Virus record (IMG/VR): IMGVR_UViG_3300020123_000219
Coordinates: 24,199 to 88,198 of that record
Length of the DNA stretch: 64,000 bases
Reading direction: 5' to 3' (one strand)
Origin: a virus
In this document: positions 9,560 to 18,909 of the stretch, in pieces
Position numbering within the stretch: position 1 is the first letter of the stretch
Layout of the letters: every line of letters begins with the position of its first letter
Notes under the pieces: generated by a model
Told to the model about the DNA's origin: nothing
What the model saw: the letters and a program-made list of their open reading frames with translations, nothing else
Database searches by the model: none
Program-made: the position numbers and the translations under genes

Positions 9560-10146
9560 CAGGAATACCCCACCCAGAACGTGAACGCCGACGTGGGCGT
9601 GTTCGACGTGACGGTGAGCTGCGTGCCCAGCACCGTCCCGGTGCCGTTCGTGCAGAACCGCAGCCCCGACGCGGTCAGGCCCAGGTTCAGCAGCGTCACC
9701 GACCCGGTGGACCCCAGACGGAACAGCGACGGCTGGGTGGTGCCCAGGTTCGACAGCAGCGCCGCCCACACGAACGTGCCCGCCGACACCGGCTGAGCGG
9801 TGGCCAGCGGCGCCGTCACGATCGACGGGGCAGCAGCTGTGAACAGCGTCCCCACGTCAGCAGACCCTGACAGCAGCACCCCCGTGGAGGAGTACACGCC
9901 GACGAACGTCCCCGTCGAGCTGCCGACTCCCGAAGCGCCGAGCCCGAACCACAGGTTCGTCATCGTCCCCGACGCCCGGATCGGGATCTTCATCATCGTG
10001 ACGGTGCCCTTGGAGATCGCCACGGTCGACCCCCCGGCCGCAGCGACGTTGTCGTTGGCGCCCAGCAGCGCATTATCCGCCGGGGTCCAGAACACCGTGG
10101 AAAGCTGGCCGTTCACGACCAGGTTGTCGTTGATCGTTGTCGCCAT
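9559..10146 (-). CDS. minor structural protein, paralog of 24428..25132
   Basis: Shared PAD.AL...G(V/L)Y.STG.L....AD motif. Confidence 0.7.
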   Translation of the reverse strand: MATTINDNLVVNGQLSTVFWTPADNALLGANDNVAAAGGSTVAISKGTVTMMKIPIRASGTMTNLWFGLGASGVGSSTGTFVGVYSSTGVLLSGSADVGTLFTAAAPSIVTAPLATAQPVSAGTFVWAALLSNLGTTQPSLFRLGSTGSVTLLNLGLTASGLRFCTNGTGTVLGTQLTVTSNTPTSAFTFWVGYS

Positions 10147-10147
10147 G

Positions 10148-11533
10148 TCAGCTCCCGCTCAGGAATCGGGTCATGTAGTCGCCGATCATCTGGTGGCCCT
10201 TGTTCGACGGGTGCACCAGGTCGCCGCCCTGCCACAGGCTGTAGGTATCGGTGTCCGCGCCCGGCATGCGCGGCCCGAGGGTGAAGTCCATCACCGTCGT
10301 GATAGGCGTCAGGTTCGGCCCTGACGTGTCCGCTCCCGCGACGTTCCACGCGGCGTTCACGTACTGTGCCCACGGGTAGGTGTAGGACGACTGGCTCGTG
10401 CGCGGCGGGTACATGCACAGCACGAACGACGGGAACGGCGTCGACAGGACCGCCTGCAGGTCCGTGATCATGGTCTGAAGGTTCGTCTGGAACGTCGCCG
10501 GGAGGACGTTGTTGAACTGGTCGTTCACCCCGAGCGCGATGACGATCAGGTTCGGGTTCAGGGCCTTGATGGCAGCAGCAGGCCCCGTAGTGCCGTTCGC
10601 GAGGACCGTGATCCAGTTCTGGGTGGTCCACCCGAAGTGCCCGCAGTCGTGAACCTGGATGCCCTGCGAGAAATCCCCCCAGTACTCCACGACCCCGGTC
10701 ACGTCCGCGTTCCCCGACACCCACGCGAGCGTGAGGGTATGCTGCCCGGCCGAACCCAGCGAGATGTGCGTGACCTTCCCGTCGACGATCGACCCGCCGG
10801 ACGTGGACACGTTCGTTGCCGACCCGCCGTCCACCGCCCACGAGAACGTCCCGCCGCCCGGTGCCTGGGTCCACATGATGTCCGCCGAGTCGCCGTTCAG
10901 CGTGTACACGACCGACTGCCCGGTGTTGTTCAGCTGCAGGAACGAGGACTTCGGGCCTAGCGTCGACGCCGGGGTCGGCGACCCGTTGATCGTCGTCGGC
11001 CACGTGAACGAGGTCTCGCCCGTGGACTGCACGCCGATGAACCCCTGGCCCCCGCCGGTCACGAACGGCGTCGGGTAGGCAGACCTCAGCGAGTCGCGCA
11101 GCCGCGCGACCCACCGGTCCTGGAACCCCGTGGACGGCGGCCCGACAGCGTGCTGCCCCTCGGTGATCGAGTCGCCGATGACCGCCACGTTGCAGCGCGC
11201 CGCCTGCCGGTTCGCCAGGCCCGCGAACCACGGGGTCAGGGCCTGCGCCCGCTGGGTAGCGAGCTGCTGCTGCCCGTACTGCGTCAGGTTGACCAGGTTC
11301 GAGCCGGCGAACGTCAGGTTCCCGTCAACGGTGAGGTTGCCTGCGATCTCGACGTTGGCGGGCAGGTACGCGAAGTTAGGCATGACCACCGTGTCCGTGA
11401 TAGTGCCGGGCGCGAAGTTCTGGGTAGTGGCGGCGACCGCGACCTTGTCCCACGTCTGCCCTCCTGGCGCAGGCAGGCCGGACGACGGGCTGATCCCGGC
11501 GAAGTACCGGAACAGCGCCAGGGTGGTGTCCAC
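10148..11533 (-). CDS. SGNH/GDSL esterase-domain virion protein
   Basis: GDSITEG, GVND and DLVHPSNKGH blocks. Confidence 0.85.
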   Translation of the reverse strand: MDTTLALFRYFAGISPSSGLPAPGGQTWDKVAVAATTQNFAPGTITDTVVMPNFAYLPANVEIAGNLTVDGNLTFAGSNLVNLTQYGQQQLATQRAQALTPWFAGLANRQAARCNVAVIGDSITEGQHAVGPPSTGFQDRWVARLRDSLRSAYPTPFVTGGGQGFIGVQSTGETSFTWPTTINGSPTPASTLGPKSSFLQLNNTGQSVVYTLNGDSADIMWTQAPGGGTFSWAVDGGSATNVSTSGGSIVDGKVTHISLGSAGQHTLTLAWVSGNADVTGVVEYWGDFSQGIQVHDCGHFGWTTQNWITVLANGTTGPAAAIKALNPNLIVIALGVNDQFNNVLPATFQTNLQTMITDLQAVLSTPFPSFVLCMYPPRTSQSSYTYPWAQYVNAAWNVAGADTSGPNLTPITTVMDFTLGPRMPGADTDTYSLWQGGDLVHPSNKGHQMIGDYMTRFLSGS

Positions 11534-11592
11534 CGTGCCTCCCCGCCCCGGTATAATGGGTCACGCAAAAGGACAACTGAAAGGTTTGCGTT

Positions 11593-11862
11593 TTGTCGGT
11601 CAGGACACGGGTCTTCATCACGTTCGCCCTGATAATCGGGGCAGTCCTCACCGCAACCGCGCTAATGAACGCGCCCGCTGATGAACAGCTGCGTCGAGCC
11701 GTTCCTGATCGTCTTCCGGTTCAGGCCCGCCTGGGCCACCCTGATCATTTCCTGCTCGGCCATCAGCGACCCGTGCACGTGCACCACCACCTGAGACGCC
11801 CCGCCGCCCCCCAGCCGCACGATCCCCGGGTTAGGGCCGTGCACCCCGCCCGGTGCCCCTGA
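11593..11862 (+). CDS. possible antisense membrane/secreted protein
   Basis: TATAAT at 11552, GAAAGG RBS, TTG start, hydrophobic N-terminus; overlaps TMP 3' end. Confidence 0.35.
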   Translation: MSVRTRVFITFALIIGAVLTATALMNAPADEQLRRAVPDRLPVQARLGHPDHFLLGHQRPVHVHHHLRRPAAPQPHDPRVRAVHPARCP

Positions 11863-14514
11863 CGGCCCTCCGCCCCCGCCGCCTACCCCCGGGACGTTGC
11901 CCTGCTGGGTGACCGTGACAATGATGTTCTTGCCGTGCATTGAGTCGATGAACGCCTGCAGCCGCTCCGCTGACGCCTGCGCGCTGGAGAACGCGCTCGT
12001 CATGCTGTGCCCCGCCGACTGCACCGACGTGGACGCGTGGCTGCTGCCCTGAGCCATCTGGTTACCCCACGCGATGCCCCGCAGCCCGGCGGTGTTGATC
12101 GCGTCCTGCACCGTCTGCAGGTCGCCCCTGATCGTGGCCCACGGGGCGCCGTTCGCCGCGTCGGTCTGCAGTTTCGCGAGCTTGGTGTTGAACCCGGTCG
12201 AGGCCAGCGCGGCGTTCGCGAGCTGGGTGGACACCTGCTGCGACAGGGCGCTCGCGACGTTCTTCGCCATCTGCGACAGGTTCGACATCGCGATCGTCGT
12301 GTTCGATACCCGCTTGCTGAGGTCCCCGAACCCGACGCCGGCCTGCGCGACCATCTGCTTCAGCCTGTTGAACGACGGGATGTTCAGCCCCGCCGACCGC
12401 AGCACCCCGAGCAGCGTGGCCTGCGCGGTCTTCGACTTCGCGGCGAGCGGCACCAGCGCCTTCGCCATGTCCAGCGCCGCGTGGGTCACGTCCCTGCCCG
12501 TGGACGCCCCCAGCACCCCGGCGGTCCTGAACCAGTCCAGCATCTGCGGCATCGTCGAACCGACCACCTGGTCGAAGTTGTTCCACGCCGCCGCGCCCGT
12601 CCCCTTGAACGACTGCAGCGCCGTCGCGAACTGGCCGACCGACAGGCTCATCTGCCCCGTCGCCTTACCCAGGTTGTTCCGCACGTTCGCGGCGACCTGC
12701 CCGATGTTCTGCATCGACTCCGAGAACGCCGCCAGCGCCCCAGTCCCGCCGGTCAGCAGCCCGATGTACTGGTCGATGGCCTGGTTCAGCTGCTGGACCT
12801 TCGAATCCTGCACCGCCGTCGCCAGCGACAGGGCGTCCATCCCGGCGCCGACCTGCCCGGCCCGCAGCCCCATCTGCGCGTACCCGATCTCCAGGTTCAC
12901 CAGCGCCATCGCCTGCGTCCCGATCGCCTGCGACAGCCTGCTCATGTCACTGGTCAGCCCCGCGACCTTGTTACCCGCCAGCACGTTCCCGAACCGGCCG
13001 AACGACCCGGCGGCCCCCGTCGCCGCGCGGGTAGCGGCGTTCAGCTGCGGAGCCAGGTTCTTCACCCCGCCGAGCAGCAGCTTCACGCCACTGGTCATGT
13101 TGCCCAGCGACGGGGTCATCGACTGGACCTTCTTGATCAGCGCGTCCGACGCGTCCGCGCCCCGCGTCATCGCCACCACGAGATCAGCGCCGATGACAAC
13201 CGCCGCCGCAGCGGCCATGACCCCGAGCGGGGTCATGAGGAACGTCCCGAGCTTGTACAGCGAGGCCCCCAGCGGGCCGGAGTACGACAGCGCGGTCCCG
13301 AGGCCCTGCGACATGTAGCTCAGGCCGGTGACGATCCCCCGGATCGCGCTGACGAGCTGCATGCCGATCAGCGCCCGGAACATGCCGACCAGCAGCAGCC
13401 CGTACCGGTACGCCGCAGACAGGGCGGCGGCCATGCCGATCAGGAACCCGATCACCGGGTTCGCGGTCAGCATCTCCAGGACGTGCGAGATCACCACCAG
13501 CACGTTCAGCAGAGCCGTGCCTGCACCCCACATATTGTGGGCGACGTTGACGAACGTGTGCCCCAGGTTCCCCAGCAGCTGGCCCCACTGCGTCATGAAG
13601 TGCACGCCGCCGGACAGCATCTTGGTGAGCTGGCCGCCCAGCGCGCCGCCCGGCCCCAGCTCGGTGGACAGGTGCGACGCGAACCGGGCCATCACGTTCC
13701 CCGCCTGCTCGGCGACCTGAGAGAACGCGCTGAGGTGGCTGCTGATCGACGTGATGATGCTCCCGAAGATCATGTACACCTCGGGGGCCATCGCCCGGGA
13801 CAGGGTACCGAAACTCTGCCCGAGGGCGTGCAGCGGCCCCACCGAGTTCAGCAGAGCGTTCCCCAGCCCGCCCGACGCCACGAGCAGGTTATTCATCACG
13901 TCGGAGATGTGGATCACTGTCGGTGCCATGCCCGCCGCCGCCGACCCGAACGCGATCAGCGCCGGGATCGCCGTCGCCGCGACCTCCAGCGTCCCCATCA
14001 CCAGCCAGTGCAGCGCCTGGGTCGTCAGCCTGATCCCTGTGCCCCAGATCCGGATCGAGTTATTCGCGCCACTGGCCGCAGCAGCAGACGCCGTCGTGCC
14101 CGCGCTGAGGACACCGAGCCCGGCCGCCATCACCGCAGCTGTCGCGCCGACCTTATCCAGCGCGTCTTTCTTCTTGTCCAGCTCGGTGTCAAGAGCAACC
14201 AGGGCGCCGAGCAGGGTGCCGATCTTGCCGTTCAGCCCGGTGAACCGCCGCGACAGCGACGAGGTCTGGTCGCCCACGGAGCTGAGCGCCCTGGCGGTGC
14301 CTTCCGCCTTCACCCCGAGTTCGCCCAGCCTGTCGCTCAGCGCCCCCACGCCCCCGGCGGCGGCAGCGGCATCCAGGCGCCCGATCTCCCCCACCAGCTC
14401 GCCGACCGCCCCCGCCGCCGCCGCCGTCACGCCGATCATGTCCCGGACCGGGCCGATATACCGCTCCGCTGACGCTATGAACTCCTGGATGATCGGCGGA
14501 AGGTAATCAGCCAC
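11662..14514 (-). CDS. tape measure protein
   Basis: 950 aa Ala/Gly-rich helical protein; MADYLPP start; VVVHVHGS C-terminus; position in tail module. Confidence 0.9.
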   Translation of the reverse strand: MADYLPPIIQEFIASAERYIGPVRDMIGVTAAAAGAVGELVGEIGRLDAAAAAGGVGALSDRLGELGVKAEGTARALSSVGDQTSSLSRRFTGLNGKIGTLLGALVALDTELDKKKDALDKVGATAAVMAAGLGVLSAGTTASAAAASGANNSIRIWGTGIRLTTQALHWLVMGTLEVAATAIPALIAFGSAAAGMAPTVIHISDVMNNLLVASGGLGNALLNSVGPLHALGQSFGTLSRAMAPEVYMIFGSIITSISSHLSAFSQVAEQAGNVMARFASHLSTELGPGGALGGQLTKMLSGGVHFMTQWGQLLGNLGHTFVNVAHNMWGAGTALLNVLVVISHVLEMLTANPVIGFLIGMAAALSAAYRYGLLLVGMFRALIGMQLVSAIRGIVTGLSYMSQGLGTALSYSGPLGASLYKLGTFLMTPLGVMAAAAAVVIGADLVVAMTRGADASDALIKKVQSMTPSLGNMTSGVKLLLGGVKNLAPQLNAATRAATGAAGSFGRFGNVLAGNKVAGLTSDMSRLSQAIGTQAMALVNLEIGYAQMGLRAGQVGAGMDALSLATAVQDSKVQQLNQAIDQYIGLLTGGTGALAAFSESMQNIGQVAANVRNNLGKATGQMSLSVGQFATALQSFKGTGAAAWNNFDQVVGSTMPQMLDWFRTAGVLGASTGRDVTHAALDMAKALVPLAAKSKTAQATLLGVLRSAGLNIPSFNRLKQMVAQAGVGFGDLSKRVSNTTIAMSNLSQMAKNVASALSQQVSTQLANAALASTGFNTKLAKLQTDAANGAPWATIRGDLQTVQDAINTAGLRGIAWGNQMAQGSSHASTSVQSAGHSMTSAFSSAQASAERLQAFIDSMHGKNIIVTVTQQGNVPGVGGGGGGPSGAPGGVHGPNPGIVRLGGGGASQVVVHVHGSLMAEQEMIRVAQAGLNRKTIRNGSTQLFISGRVH

Positions 14515-14535
14515 CAGCCTCCCGCGTCACAACGC

Positions 14536-14564
14536 AAAAAAGCGGGACGCGAACCACGTCCCGC
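14536..14564 (-). terminator. intrinsic terminator
   Basis: GCGGGACG/CGTCCCGC stem followed by T6 on minus strand. Confidence 0.7.
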
Positions 14565-14580
14565 CATCCCGTCCCGGCCA

Positions 14581-15075
14581 TCACAGCACCGCGTCGACGA
14601 TCGCGCCGAAAGCCTCCCCGGCCGCGTCCCTGATCCCGCCCTCATACACCGCGATCGCATTCGCCGGCCGCATGTACGGACGCGGCGGCAGGCTATGCGC
14701 CCTCGACCTGTGCCACACCCCCGGCGGCTGCTGCCAGTGCATGAACCCCGACGGGTTATGCGCTCGCATCATCCCGCCCAGCTCCTGAATCCTCGCGTAC
14801 CTCACCGTCGGACCCGTCAGCGACCGCGCCGTCACATCCCCCGTCAGCACCGCCGCCGTGTTCACGAAGGACCCCTTCAGCGCCCCCGAGATCCACGCAG
14901 GCGGCGTGCCCGGCATCGACGGAGTCTGCGTATGCAAAGGGTGCCCCAGCCTCATGATCGAACGCGCGATGCTCACGAACGGCGGCGGCATCTCATTCGC
15001 CGCCGCCAGCACCGCCGACGGGAGCACCGCCTCCAGCCGCGCGAACCGCGCCTCAAGATCACCGAAACTAGCCAC
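14581..15075 (-). CDS. HK97 gp10-like neck/tail protein
   Basis: PGTPPAWISGALKGS...YARIQELGG...LPPRPYMRPA motifs. Confidence 0.8.
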   Translation of the reverse strand: MASFGDLEARFARLEAVLPSAVLAAANEMPPPFVSIARSIMRLGHPLHTQTPSMPGTPPAWISGALKGSFVNTAAVLTGDVTARSLTGPTVRYARIQELGGMMRAHNPSGFMHWQQPPGVWHRSRAHSLPPRPYMRPANAIAVYEGGIRDAAGEAFGAIVDAVL

Positions 15076-15600
15076 GCGCCGCCCTCCGCCGGTCCTCCGC
15101 GATATGATCCAGCGCCGTCCACATCACCGGCAGGTAGATATAGCACTGCAACGGCTGCTCCAGCGTCACCTCCGCCGCCCACCCGTACTTCTCGTAGCAC
15201 ATCAGGCACATCAAGTCCGCGTTGTCAAGACCCCACGGAAGCGGCCCGCCCTGCCCTTCGAGAATGTGCTTCAGGCGGGAGGCGTCCTGCGGTTTGGGAC
15301 CACCCGCATCACCTCCAGGTGATCCGTCGTCGCCTCCGACAGCGCGTTATACGCCTCCAGCGGCAGATCCTCCAGCTGCGCCCTCGTCACCGGCATGTCC
15401 CCGTACGACCACGACGTGATCACCGACACCAGCAACGCGATCTGCATGTCCTCCTGCATCCCCGCGTTAATCATCATCGGCTTGCCGTCAGGATCAGGAA
15501 CATAAGACAAAGCCCGCTGAATCGCGACCTTATCCTTCGCCCTCAGCTCATCCAGCCCCCGCAGCTCCGCCCAGTTGCCACCAGGCAAATCAACGCGCAC
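15068..15600 (-). CDS. tail assembly chaperone, -1 frameshift product (gpGT-like)
   Basis: C CCA AAC at 15292-15298; -1 frame open (PQDASRLKH...YEKYGWAAEVTLEQP) to TAG at 15068. Confidence 0.75.
15271..15600 (-). CDS. tail assembly chaperone (gpG-like)
   Basis: ITSWSY...QLEDLP motif; ends just after slippery CCCAAAC. Confidence 0.8.
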   Translation of the reverse strand: MRVDLPGGNWAELRGLDELRAKDKVAIQRALSYVPDPDGKPMMINAGMQEDMQIALLVSVITSWSYGDMPVTRAQLEDLPLEAYNALSEATTDHLEVMRVVPNRRTPPA

Positions 15601-15611
15601 AAACGCCTCCG

Positions 15612-16385
15612 CTAAGAATGGTTAATGATGTGCCACGCCACCGTCGACGAATCCGACGACGAAGTAGAAAGCACCGTGAACGAAACACCCGGGGTAACCG
15701 TCCCCACATAAGGCCCCCCCGGCGTGCCCCCCGGCACCTGCGTCGTCAGGAACACCCTCGACTTAGCAGAAACAGCCGACGTGGACACCGTCACCGGGGT
15801 AACCCCGTTCAGGACCGCCGTTCCCATCCACGCATTCGAGCCCTCAGGAACCACGATCGACTGAGAAAACGTATTCGCAGCCGTCCACGTGTTCGCCAGC
15901 CCCAGCAGACCAGCATTCGCGACCGTCACAACCCCCGACTGGCCGTTCACCGACGAAACAAACGGGACCGACAAGCCGCCCGCCTGCTGCGCGAAAACAA
16001 TCGGTGCGCTCGTAGGACCCGACACCTGCGCCGTGGGCAGCGACGCCTCAGGAGAAACAGCCGTAATATCCACCGTCGCCCCGAACGACGATGGCAGAAA
16101 CGCCGAAAACGTCTGCTGCGCCCCCGGAACCGCAACCCCGATAACCCACCACCAGCCAGAAGGCCGCAGATTCGCGTTATCCGTGCACGCAAGGCCAGGC
16201 TGCGAAAACGTCCCGAGCGTGCCCAGCGCGGAAACGATAGGAACCTGAGCCAGAACGGTTTTCCCCGACAAGTCAGAAAGCTCATTCGACGGCGAGAAAG
16301 TCACCGCACCCGCCTGCGGACTACCGCCGCCGTCCAGGTACTTCCCGGTGACGGTGATCGTGGTCAAGTCGACCGGAAGAGGCAC
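15612..16385 (-). CDS. minor structural protein
   Basis: TITVTGKYLDGGGSPQAGAVTFSPS N-domain; C-terminal domain resembles that of 7829..9559. Confidence 0.7.
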   Translation of the reverse strand: MPLPVDLTTITVTGKYLDGGGSPQAGAVTFSPSNELSDLSGKTVLAQVPIVSALGTLGTFSQPGLACTDNANLRPSGWWWVIGVAVPGAQQTFSAFLPSSFGATVDITAVSPEASLPTAQVSGPTSAPIVFAQQAGGLSVPFVSSVNGQSGVVTVANAGLLGLANTWTAANTFSQSIVVPEGSNAWMGTAVLNGVTPVTVSTSAVSAKSRVFLTTQVPGGTPGGPYVGTVTPGVSFTVLSTSSSDSSTVAWHIINHS

Positions 16386-16408
16386 TGACCTCCACGGAAA
16401 CTGTTAGC

Positions 16409-16912
16409 ATGCCGAACATGGACGATGCAACCTGGGCAGACATACCAGACCGGCCTGGCTACCAAGCCAGCACGCACGGGCAAATCCGCAGCACCGACAG
16501 GCTCGGCTCCGACGGACGCCGACTCAAAGGCCGAATCCTCAAACCCCGGCCCACGCCGACCGGATACCTCCGGGTGTCGCTATGCACCGGAGGCAAGCCC
16601 GTCGACGAGTACATCCATTACCTCGTAGCACGAACCTTCATCGGGCCTCGCCCCGAAGGACTAGACGTTGCCCACGACGACGGCAACCCCTCAAACAACG
16701 CCGTCACCAACCTGGCCTACAAAACCAGGTCAGAAAACCAGCTCGACATGCGCAGGCACGGCACGCACCGCAACGGAAGGAAGACCCACTGCGACAGCGG
16801 ACACGAGTTCAGCGAGGAAAACACGCATGTTGACCCTGCGCACCCCGACTGGCGTATCTGCAAGATCTGTCGGCGCCAGCGCCTTCGGGACTGGCGTGCG
16901 AGGAATCAGTAA
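16409..16912 (+). CDS. NUMOD4-HNH homing endonuclease
   Basis: WADIP...YQASTHGQIRS (NUMOD4); VAHDDGNPSNNAVTNL (HNH); KTHCDSGHEF...RICKIC. Confidence 0.9.
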   Translation: MPNMDDATWADIPDRPGYQASTHGQIRSTDRLGSDGRRLKGRILKPRPTPTGYLRVSLCTGGKPVDEYIHYLVARTFIGPRPEGLDVAHDDGNPSNNAVTNLAYKTRSENQLDMRRHGTHRNGRKTHCDSGHEFSEENTHVDPAHPDWRICKICRRQRLRDWRARNQ

Positions 16913-18156
16913 ACTGGCGTCTGATTCTTCAGAGTGATTTGGATTGGACCGTATCCAGCTGAATTGCCCGTATTGGTAGTGTTTGCTATTCCTTGCCAGG
17001 AATCGTTGTAACCCAACAAAGCCTTACCGGGTTCGATGACCGATGCGTCGAATGCGCATTGCTGTACGTCGAACTGGATGGATTCGGCGAGGGTTCCGGT
17101 GAGTCCGTTGGTCTGGATGACCTGGATCTGCGGCTGAACATTGTTCAGCATCTCGGTGAGCGGAACTTCGTCGATGGTCGGGGCGAACGTGACCTTGCCG
17201 GTGGTGGAGAACTTGCCCCGGCCGAGGATATAGGGGTTCTGCGCTCCGTCGGCGGTGTAGAAGGGCTCGACGACGCGGGTGAGGGTGAATTCCCATTCGC
17301 CGACCTGGTAGATCTGGGCTCCGGAGACGGTGCCGCCGAGGCCGAATGTGGAGTTCCAGGACGGTTCGGCGGGGATGTTGCTGAACGTGCTGGTGGGCGC
17401 GGAGTTGGGTTCCTGGTTGGCGTAGCTCATGCCCTTGCCGGCCCAGGTGAACAGTTTCTCGGCGTTGCCGGTGAACGTCATCTCGGACATGCAGGTGAAC
17501 GGGTACCAGCGGGCCTGGTTCGCGGGGATGAAGGTGCGGTCGGTGATGGTGTGGGTCGGGGGCTGGGCGTTCCCGGTGCCGTTGAGCAGGGAGAACACGT
17601 GGGTGTAGGAGCCGGTGACCTGGAATACGGTGGCGTTCTGGGCGTGAGCGAAACGGGTGGTGCCGGACAGGACGATGTTGGTTCCGGCGGCGGAGGAGTA
17701 GGCGACGATTTCGCTGTTGGTGCCGGTAGCGTCGAGCTGCACGTAGCCGGGGGCTCCGGCAGTGAAGTTGGAACCCTGCGGGACCTTGATCGAGCCGGTG
17801 GTCGCGGCGGGGTACCCGCCGACGTTGCTGATCGTGCCGGTGGTGCCGGTGGACACCCCGGATGCGGTGTAGTCACCGAGGATGTTCCACAGGAAATGAC
17901 CGATGGTGTCCATGTAGACCGGGGAGGCGTCGAACGTCAGGTCAGCGACGTACGGTCCCTGGATGAGGCCGTAAGTTGCGGCCATGGCGGCGCGCATGGA
18001 CTCGTCGGGCAGCCAGATCGGCTTGTCTTCCGGGACGAATCCGACCATGGGGATCGAGAACGTGGGAGCCAGCGGCGTGCCGGGAGTGGCCTCGCGGGCA
18101 CCGCCGATCGCGCGGCGCTCGCTGGGAAACACATTTGTAGGCACCGTCAGGGGCAT
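16906..18156 (-). CDS. major tail tube protein
   Basis: IGGAREATPGTP N-terminus, YTHVFSL motif; upstream of chaperone. Confidence 0.8.
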   Translation of the reverse strand: MPLTVPTNVFPSERRAIGGAREATPGTPLAPTFSIPMVGFVPEDKPIWLPDESMRAAMAATYGLIQGPYVADLTFDASPVYMDTIGHFLWNILGDYTASGVSTGTTGTISNVGGYPAATTGSIKVPQGSNFTAGAPGYVQLDATGTNSEIVAYSSAAGTNIVLSGTTRFAHAQNATVFQVTGSYTHVFSLLNGTGNAQPPTHTITDRTFIPANQARWYPFTCMSEMTFTGNAEKLFTWAGKGMSYANQEPNSAPTSTFSNIPAEPSWNSTFGLGGTVSGAQIYQVGEWEFTLTRVVEPFYTADGAQNPYILGRGKFSTTGKVTFAPTIDEVPLTEMLNNVQPQIQVIQTNGLTGTLAESIQFDVQQCAFDASVIEPGKALLGYNDSWQGIANTTNTGNSAGYGPIQITLKNQTPVY

Positions 18157-18166
18157 TAGCCTCCGG

Positions 18167-18391
18167 TTAGTCCGTGGTGTCGGGGTCAGTCGTCACCGGG
18201 GGCGCAGTACCGGTGGTGTCCTTGTCCGCCGGGGGCGCCTCGCGGGTCCACCAGGCCGGGTTCCCGGGCGGGTCGCCCCCGAATTCGTATTCCTGTCCGG
18301 GGCGGAGGATCAGGGTGCCGCCGATGTCGTCCTGCGCGCCCATGTCGGGCACGGTTTCTTCCTGCGGTCCCGCGTATGTCCACGTGCTCAT
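18167..18391 (-). CDS. hypothetical protein
   Basis: Coupled small ORF before major tail. Confidence 0.6.
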   Translation of the reverse strand: MSTWTYAGPQEETVPDMGAQDDIGGTLILRPGQEYEFGGDPPGNPAWWTREAPPADKDTTGTAPPVTTDPDTTD

Positions 18392-18909
18392 GCCTGGAAG
18401 CTCTCCTTAGCGATGACCTTTACCAGCGCCTCGTACAGCATTGACCTCTGGTTCAGCTCCGTTCGCGGCGTGGCGATCTCGTAGGCCATGTTCTCTCCGA
18501 TGGAGAACAGCGTGGAGTACCGGAACGTGGCGGAGTCCTGCAGGTTGTAGGCGGCGTCCACTGAGCAGCGCATCGCGTCCATGACCGCGTCCACGATCAC
18601 CGGGAACGAGATGCTGGGTGTCAGGTCGCCCTGGTCGCGCCACCACATGAGCCACACGTCAACGCGGTGCTCCATCTGCTTGTGCCCGGCTTGCGTCGAC
18701 CCTGTACCGGGGGTGCCCTGCTGCGGGCGTGGCAGCGACTCGCGTTTCTCGTCCCCGGCCGTCGGCCACACGTAGGCGACGGCGTTCTGCTGCTCGGTCT
18801 GCGGGTCCGGCGGGTCGATGACGGCTAGGAGCGTAGAGCCCCCGAATCCGGGGAGGGGCAGGTTTTCGAGGAGGCTGTGCACGTGCGTCAGCGCGGTTGC
18901 GATGGGCAC
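18388..18909 (-). CDS. tail terminator/completion-like protein
   Basis: Position and size. Confidence 0.6.
   Translation of the reverse strand: MPIATALTHVHSLLENLPLPGFGGSTLLAVIDPPDPQTEQQNAVAYVWPTAGDEKRESLPRPQQGTPGTGSTQAGHKQMEHRVDVWLMWWRDQGDLTPSISFPVIVDAVMDAMRCSVDAAYNLQDSATFRYSTLFSIGENMAYEIATPRTELNQRSMLYEALVKVIAKESFQA

Noticed and set aside
12007-14472. Long plus-strand ORFs (also 22253-23965, 25435-27699, 32970-34958, 41100-42839)
   Set aside because: Arg/His/Pro-rich antisense shadows of real high-GC minus-strand genes
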